From the NCBI GenBank assembly GCA_964462585.1, contig CAYXAK010000001.1, forward strand, positions 1,647-65,646: a stretch of 64,000 bases of DNA, in the 5' to 3' direction. The notes under the pieces were generated by a model. The model was not told the DNA's origin, made no database searches, and worked only from the letters and a program-made list of their open reading frames with translations. This document shows, piece by piece, positions 59,841 to 64,000 of this stretch. This DNA comes from an uncultured Halanaerobiaceae bacterium (GTDB taxonomy: Bacteria; Bacillota; Halanaerobiia; Halanaerobiales; Halarsenatibacteraceae). The first letter of the stretch is position 1. Every line of letters starts with the position of its first letter. The position numbers and the translations under genes were made by a program.

Positions 59841-60578
59841 CTAAATCAGATTTAAGCTGCGATAGCTGTAAAAACCATCCCCGGAAAATACCAGCTTATC
59901 TTTGAAGGGGATGCCGAGAATCTTCCCGGCCTTTATCAGCCTTTTCACTGCTATAACCTGCTGCTGGTTGGGCTTTTCCTCAAAGTTTGTCTGGAGGTTA
60001 TCGACAAGATATACCATCGTCTTGCAGTCAAACTTAAGGGCCTGGCCGAAGATATTGCGGGGTTCAAAATCAATCTTCCGACCTGTGCCAGCTCCCATCA
60101 TTTCCCAGCCCTTGAGGTATCTATCCTCATTCAGTGTCACTATCATCGCCCTCTTCTGTCTATTTCCGGCAATTTTTTCGAAGAGCTCTATTATATCCTC
60201 ATTGCGGTTGAAGGGTCGATGAAGAATATCTGATTTGAGATCATCATCCTCACTGCATCTGGCCAGAAAATTCTCCATGGAATTAATATCCCGCATCTTC
60301 CTGTGAAAATTAATAACCTGATTGAGATCTATTCGCCCCGGAGGTAAGAAATCTTTCATCTGAAAAGAAGTATTTGAGCTCTCTTCACCCATATTGAGGA
60401 TTTCATGGTCGATATTCAATATCTGATACCTGATCTTCCCGCAGCTTTCACAGTTAAAGGCCACAAAACCCTTGCCGGTGAGCCTGCCGATATTATGGGT
60501 AAATTCTCCCACACCCAGGATTCTGTCCTGAGGTATTTCATCTCCGCACTGCCAGCAGTGGACTGCAGGCTTCTTCAT
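59841..60578 (-). CDS. Zn-ribbon protein fused to a degenerate RadC-like JAB domain
   Basis: CWQC...CESC at the N-terminus; C-terminal KRLIKAGKILGIPFKDKLVF.GDGFYSY resembles RadC but has no HNHPSG. Confidence 0.62.
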   Translation of the reverse strand: MKKPAVHCWQCGDEIPQDRILGVGEFTHNIGRLTGKGFVAFNCESCGKIRYQILNIDHEILNMGEESSNTSFQMKDFLPPGRIDLNQVINFHRKMRDINSMENFLARCSEDDDLKSDILHRPFNRNEDIIELFEKIAGNRQKRAMIVTLNEDRYLKGWEMMGAGTGRKIDFEPRNIFGQALKFDCKTMVYLVDNLQTNFEEKPNQQQVIAVKRLIKAGKILGIPFKDKLVFSGDGFYSYRSLNLI

Positions 60579-60606
60579 AATTATCAGCTCCTCACCTTCA
60601 TGAAGA

Positions 60607-61911
60607 TTAAGAGTTCATCCTCTCAGCCCGCCGGGTGACCTCCTCGTAAATTTCTCTCTCATCGAGGGTCTGAATCTCTCCTTTGCTAACTATCTCCCTC
60701 CCCCCGACGAACAGGTATTCCACCCGGGGAGAATTTACGGCATAGAACAGGTTGGAGAGGCTGTTATATTCCGGATAAAATTCAGGACTGGATGTTTTAT
60801 CTATGAGAATGAGATCGGCACAGTAACCGGGTTCGATCCTGCCAACTTTTTCAAGTCCCAGAGCCTCTGCTCCATTCTCTGTTATCATGGCCATCAAATC
60901 TGAAATATCAAGCAGTGTGGGATCATCATTTGTCACCTTATGCAGATAAGAAGCCCATCTTGCTTCAGTGATGAGATCGAGATTATTATTGCTGGCTGCG
61001 CTATCTGTGCCCAGACTGATATTAATTTCATATCCTTTCATATCCTTTACGGGGGCTACACCGCTGGCCAGTTTTGTATTGCTGCTCGGGTTATGAGAAA
61101 CGGAGACTTCTCTATCTGCTAGTATTTCGATATCCCCATCGTCCAGATGCACACAGTGAACTGCTATCACCGGTCTGGTGAAAAGCCCCAGATCATCCAG
61201 GTATTTTACAGGGCTTAGATCACGGCTGTCGACAAAGTTCTCAACCTCAGCAGCTGTTTCTGCAATATGGGTATGAATTCTAACATCATATTTTTCGGAA
61301 AGATCTACAATCTTCTTCAGATAATCGCCACTGCAGGTATAGGGAGCATGTGGGGCTATATTGCAGGTTATTCTTCCCCCGGCAGTATTGTGATAGGAGT
61401 CGATAAACTCTTCCGTATGCTCCAGCCCCTCTTCTCCATCTTTCTCTTCGATGAGACCATAGCCGAGCTGGGCCCTGATCCCGGAGTTTTTAACCGCCTC
61501 TGCAATTCTCTCCACGGCAAAATACATGTCATTAAAGGTGGTGATACCGTTTTTGAGCATCTCCACGATTGCCAGACGGCTTCCCCAGAGAATATCCTCA
61601 TCGCTCATTCTGCCCTCTGCCGGCCAGATTTTTTCCTCCAGCCAGGTCATGAGATCCATGTCATCGGCAAAACCCCTCAGCATACTCATCCCGGTGTGGG
61701 TATGGGTGTTGATAAATCCGGGCAGGGCCATCATTCCCCGGCCGGATATTCTCCTGATATCATCTTCTTCAACCAGCTCTTCATACCTCTCATCTTCCAT
61801 ACTGCCCAGGTCAGAAACTTCTCCTCCTTCTATGAGAATAAAACCGGATTCGATCTTCTCTTCACCTGCAGCAGGATAGATTTCGGAGATGTTTTTTATT
61901 AAAATAATAAT
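60607..61911 (-). CDS. mtaD: Amidohydrolase, 5'-methylthioadenosine/S-adenosylhomocysteine deaminase family
   Basis: PGFINTHTH, LRGFADD, WLEEKIWP, APHAPYTC, HTHIAET, VHCVH, KLASG, LGTD. The frame extends upstream of the track start (61800) to ATT codons at 61905-61911, giving the expected ILIKN N-terminus. Confidence 0.85.
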   Translation of the reverse strand: MIILIKNISEIYPAAGEEKIESGFILIEGGEVSDLGSMEDERYEELVEEDDIRRISGRGMMALPGFINTHTHTGMSMLRGFADDMDLMTWLEEKIWPAEGRMSDEDILWGSRLAIVEMLKNGITTFNDMYFAVERIAEAVKNSGIRAQLGYGLIEEKDGEEGLEHTEEFIDSYHNTAGGRITCNIAPHAPYTCSGDYLKKIVDLSEKYDVRIHTHIAETAAEVENFVDSRDLSPVKYLDDLGLFTRPVIAVHCVHLDDGDIEILADREVSVSHNPSSNTKLASGVAPVKDMKGYEINISLGTDSAASNNNLDLITEARWASYLHKVTNDDPTLLDISDLMAMITENGAEALGLEKVGRIEPGYCADLILIDKTSSPEFYPEYNSLSNLFYAVNSPRVEYLFVGGREIVSKGEIQTLDEREIYEEVTRRAERMNS

Positions 61912-61950
61912 ATATTCCCCCCGCTGTCAGTGGAATTTATCGATTTAACT

Positions 61951-62274
61951 TTATTCCAGACTGGATTCTTCTATTTCATCTTCAGCAAAAACCCTGCCAC
62001 CTTCAGCTTTTCTATCGATTATATCATATTTTCCATCGAAGAACACCTCGATATCCACTTTGTTATAGCAGTTATTGCAGACGACTATCTTCTTCAAGCG
62101 ATAATCGCCGGGCAGCTCGTCCTCATATATTCTGTGCAGATCATAGCTTTTTATTGCCCTCACTTCCATCACGTTTCCACAGCTATCATCCCTGACATGA
62201 AGGAGGATATGGTCATCATTATCACCTTTATTCCCTGTCAATTTTTGCAGAATTTTCCTGAAAAATTTAAACAT
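61951..62274 (-). CDS. Hypothetical protein with a possible metal-binding ribbon
   Basis: ATG 62274 after AAAGGGTGG; DDSCG and CNNC motifs. Confidence 0.65.
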   Translation of the reverse strand: MFKFFRKILQKLTGNKGDNDDHILLHVRDDSCGNVMEVRAIKSYDLHRIYEDELPGDYRLKKIVVCNNCYNKVDIEVFFDGKYDIIDRKAEGGRVFAEDEIEESSLE

Positions 62275-62378
62275 AGATCCACCCTTTCTGTATCGGCACC
62301 GGTGATGATAAAAGATAACCTCATCCATCCTCGTATAGGACAATTATACCTGATAAATGGAGTTCATTCAAGCAGGAA

Positions 62379-62403
62379 GGCGGGCTGTGTTCTGCAGCCC
62401 GCC
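62379..62403 (-). terminator. Hairpin downstream of ferritin
   Basis: GGCGGGCTG / CAGCCCGCC stem; weak U-tract. Confidence 0.6.
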
Positions 62404-62448
62404 CCGGTGTGATCACCGATAAAGCAATCTGGAAAAAATCAGCAGCAA

Positions 62449-62931
62449 TTACTGACCTCTCTGGCCCAGCTCCTTATCGAGGATGTAGAGACCTTCCCTG
62501 CCTGCTTTTTCCAGTTTGTCCACTATAGCTCCCACCGAATCCTCTTCCTCCACCTGCTCATCCACAAACCACTGCAGAAAGGATTCTGTGGCATAATCTT
62601 CTTCACTGCGGGCCATAGAAACAATCTCATTGATTGACGCTGTCACTTTCTTTTCGTGTTTCAGAGCATCTTCAAAAGCAGCGGAGACTGAATCCCAGGC
62701 AAATGGAGGTTTTTCTATCTCCATAAGTTCGACTCTGCCGCCTCTCTCATCGATATAATCATAGATTCTGCGGGCATGATCCATTTCCTCCTGGGCCTGA
62801 GCATCCATCCAGGCCGAAAAACCCTCCCAGCCTTCGCTGGCAAAATGAGCTCCCATCGCCTGATAGATATAAGCAGAATAGAGTTCCAGATTGAGCTGAT
62901 CGTTTAAAGCTTTGAGAATTTTTTCTTTCAT
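62449..62931 (-). CDS. ftnA: Non-heme ferritin
   Basis: LNDQLNLELYSAYIY, QAQEEMDHA, HEKKVT, FLQWFVDEQVEEE. Confidence 0.95.
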   Translation of the reverse strand: MKEKILKALNDQLNLELYSAYIYQAMGAHFASEGWEGFSAWMDAQAQEEMDHARRIYDYIDERGGRVELMEIEKPPFAWDSVSAAFEDALKHEKKVTASINEIVSMARSEEDYATESFLQWFVDEQVEEEDSVGAIVDKLEKAGREGLYILDKELGQRGQ

Positions 62932-63087
62932 GATTCATTCCTCCTGTTATAGGGCTGAATTTTTCTCCTGGTAATTATTATTATTCTATGTTATAAATAT
63001 TTTTCCTTCTAATATTCAATTATAATGAAGGTTTTTTTCATATTTTATGCAATATCTATTATAGAAAGATAGAAAGGAGATGAAATT

Positions 63088-64000
63088 ATGTCTGCTGGAG
63101 AGATAATAGAAAAAGAACTGAAAGAGGAAGGCTTTTCCCGCCATGATTATGAACTGCTAAATGACGGAGAGCTGCAGGATGAAGGGGATTTCATACTCTA
63201 CTGGATGCAGTCAGCACAGCGTTACAGGGATAATAAAGCCCTGGCAGCAGCAGCTCATTTGGCCCGGGTTCTCGATAAACCTCTGGTTGTGGGCTTTGTA
63301 TTCATGCCGGATTATCCGGAAGGTAATTTTCGCCATTACTCCTTTATGTATGACGGTATAAGTGAGCTGAGTGATATATTCGCCGATAATGATATCGGCT
63401 TCATCGTAAGAAAAGGAAGTCCCGTGGAGGAGCTGGAGAAACTGGCAGAAAATGCTTTTATGGTCATCTGTGACACTGGTTATCTCAAGCCAGCCCGCAG
63501 CTGGAGGGATGAACTCTCTCAAAGATTAAATGTGGCTTTACTGGAAATATCGACAAATGTAATAGTTCCGGTCAGAGCTGTTTCCGATAAAGAGGAATAT
63601 GCCGCTTATACCCTGAGAAAAAAACTAACCCCCATGATAGAAGAGCACCTGAAACTCTGGGAGATACAAGGAGATTTCCCTCCCGGAACCTCCTTTACTG
63701 ATATGCCGGCTAACTTTGCCGAAAAAGAGGAGTTTCTGCAGGAGTTAGAATTATTCTCTGAAACTCCCGAACTGACCGGCATTAGTGGGGGTAGCAGTCA
63801 GGCCAGGAAAATATTGAAAGATTTTATCGAGGTGAAGCTTCCCAATTATCATCAAGATAGAAACGATCCCGATTGTAACTGCCAGTCTGAGCTGAGCCCC
63901 TATCTTCACTTCGGCCAGATCTCTCCCCGGGAGATAGCTATAAAAGCAGAGGAGGCGGAAGGAAAAATCGCTGAAACCGCCCTGGAGGAGTTTCGGGAAG
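63088..64000 (+). CDS. Class II CPD photolyase (3' truncated; absent from the ORF track)
   Basis: Manual translation from ATG 63088 (RBS AAAGGAG): ILYWMQSAQRYRDNKAL, NFRHYSFMYDG, VIVPVRAVSDKEEYAAYTLRKK, DRNDP, SELSPYLHFGQIS. Confidence 0.9.
   Translation, partial: MSAGEIIEKELKEEGFSRHDYELLNDGELQDEGDFILYWMQSAQRYRDNKALAAAAHLARVLDKPLVVGFVFMPDYPEGNFRHYSFMYDGISELSDIFADNDIGFIVRKGSPVEELEKLAENAFMVICDTGYLKPARSWRDELSQRLNVALLEISTNVIVPVRAVSDKEEYAAYTLRKKLTPMIEEHLKLWEIQGDFPPGTSFTDMPANFAEKEEFLQELELFSETPELTGISGGSSQARKILKDFIEVKLPNYHQDRNDPDCNCQSELSPYLHFGQISPREIAIKAEEAEGKIAETALEEFRE

Noticed and set aside
1303..61727. GGGNAGGG (KOPS-like) octamers as evidence for terminus polarity
   Set aside because: Too few were spotted by eye, some coincide with RBSs and at least one (about 61720) is in the opposing orientation; a genome-wide count is needed
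62932..63087. Fur or PerR box upstream of ferritin (GGTAATTATTATTATTCTA)
   Set aside because: Only a partial match within a very AT-rich region; cannot be separated from background by eye
63161..63522. Track ORFs 63161-63361 and 63211-63522
   Set aside because: Both lie within the photolyase frame that starts at 63088
1..64000. tRNA, rRNA, riboswitch or IS elements
   Set aside because: None recognised in the short intergenic regions; a covariance-model search would be needed to exclude small RNAs

Overview
Chromosomal, mostly housekeeping window from an anaerobic Firmicute. The very acidic proteins, TonB/ExbBD genes and SLH envelope protein suggest a halophilic diderm such as a Halanaerobiales member (inference). 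From 1 to 24 kb nearly all genes are on the + strand: pgsA-pgpA-cinA-TPR-thpR-recA-recX-rny-ymdB-PHP, an unusual Rnf-derived operon, exbB-exbD-tonB with envelope genes, and lexA. From 24 to 63 kb nearly all genes are on the - strand: udg, hisJ-like, dapL, dapF, hfq, miaA, mutL, mutS, miaB, rubredoxin, parE-like (divergent from a + strand parC-like gene), redox/stress genes, three M42 peptidases, trmL, nth, queG-like, UPF0182, mtaD and ferritin. A Xer-family recombinase and a class II photolyase running off the end are on the + strand. The most notable system is at 9.2-17.3 kb. An intact RnfC is followed by a 1853-aa RnfD-RnfG fusion carrying 14 extra tandem FMN-binding domains, then RnfE/RnfA homologues that have lost their [2Fe-2S] cysteine motifs, with no rnfB. 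This looks like an Rnf complex rebuilt into an NADH-to-periplasm covalent-flavin electron wire. The strand convergence also suggests the replication terminus. A symmetric 11-6-11 dif-like palindrome lies at 23115-23142 and a related site lies directly upstream of the xer gene. Other observations are probable ATT start codons in three genes, a catalytically dead RadC/JAB-Zn-ribbon fusion, and an Hfq lacking the rim arginine patch. No rRNA, tRNA, CRISPR array or IS element was recognised. All calls come from reading motifs by eye; no database searches were run.
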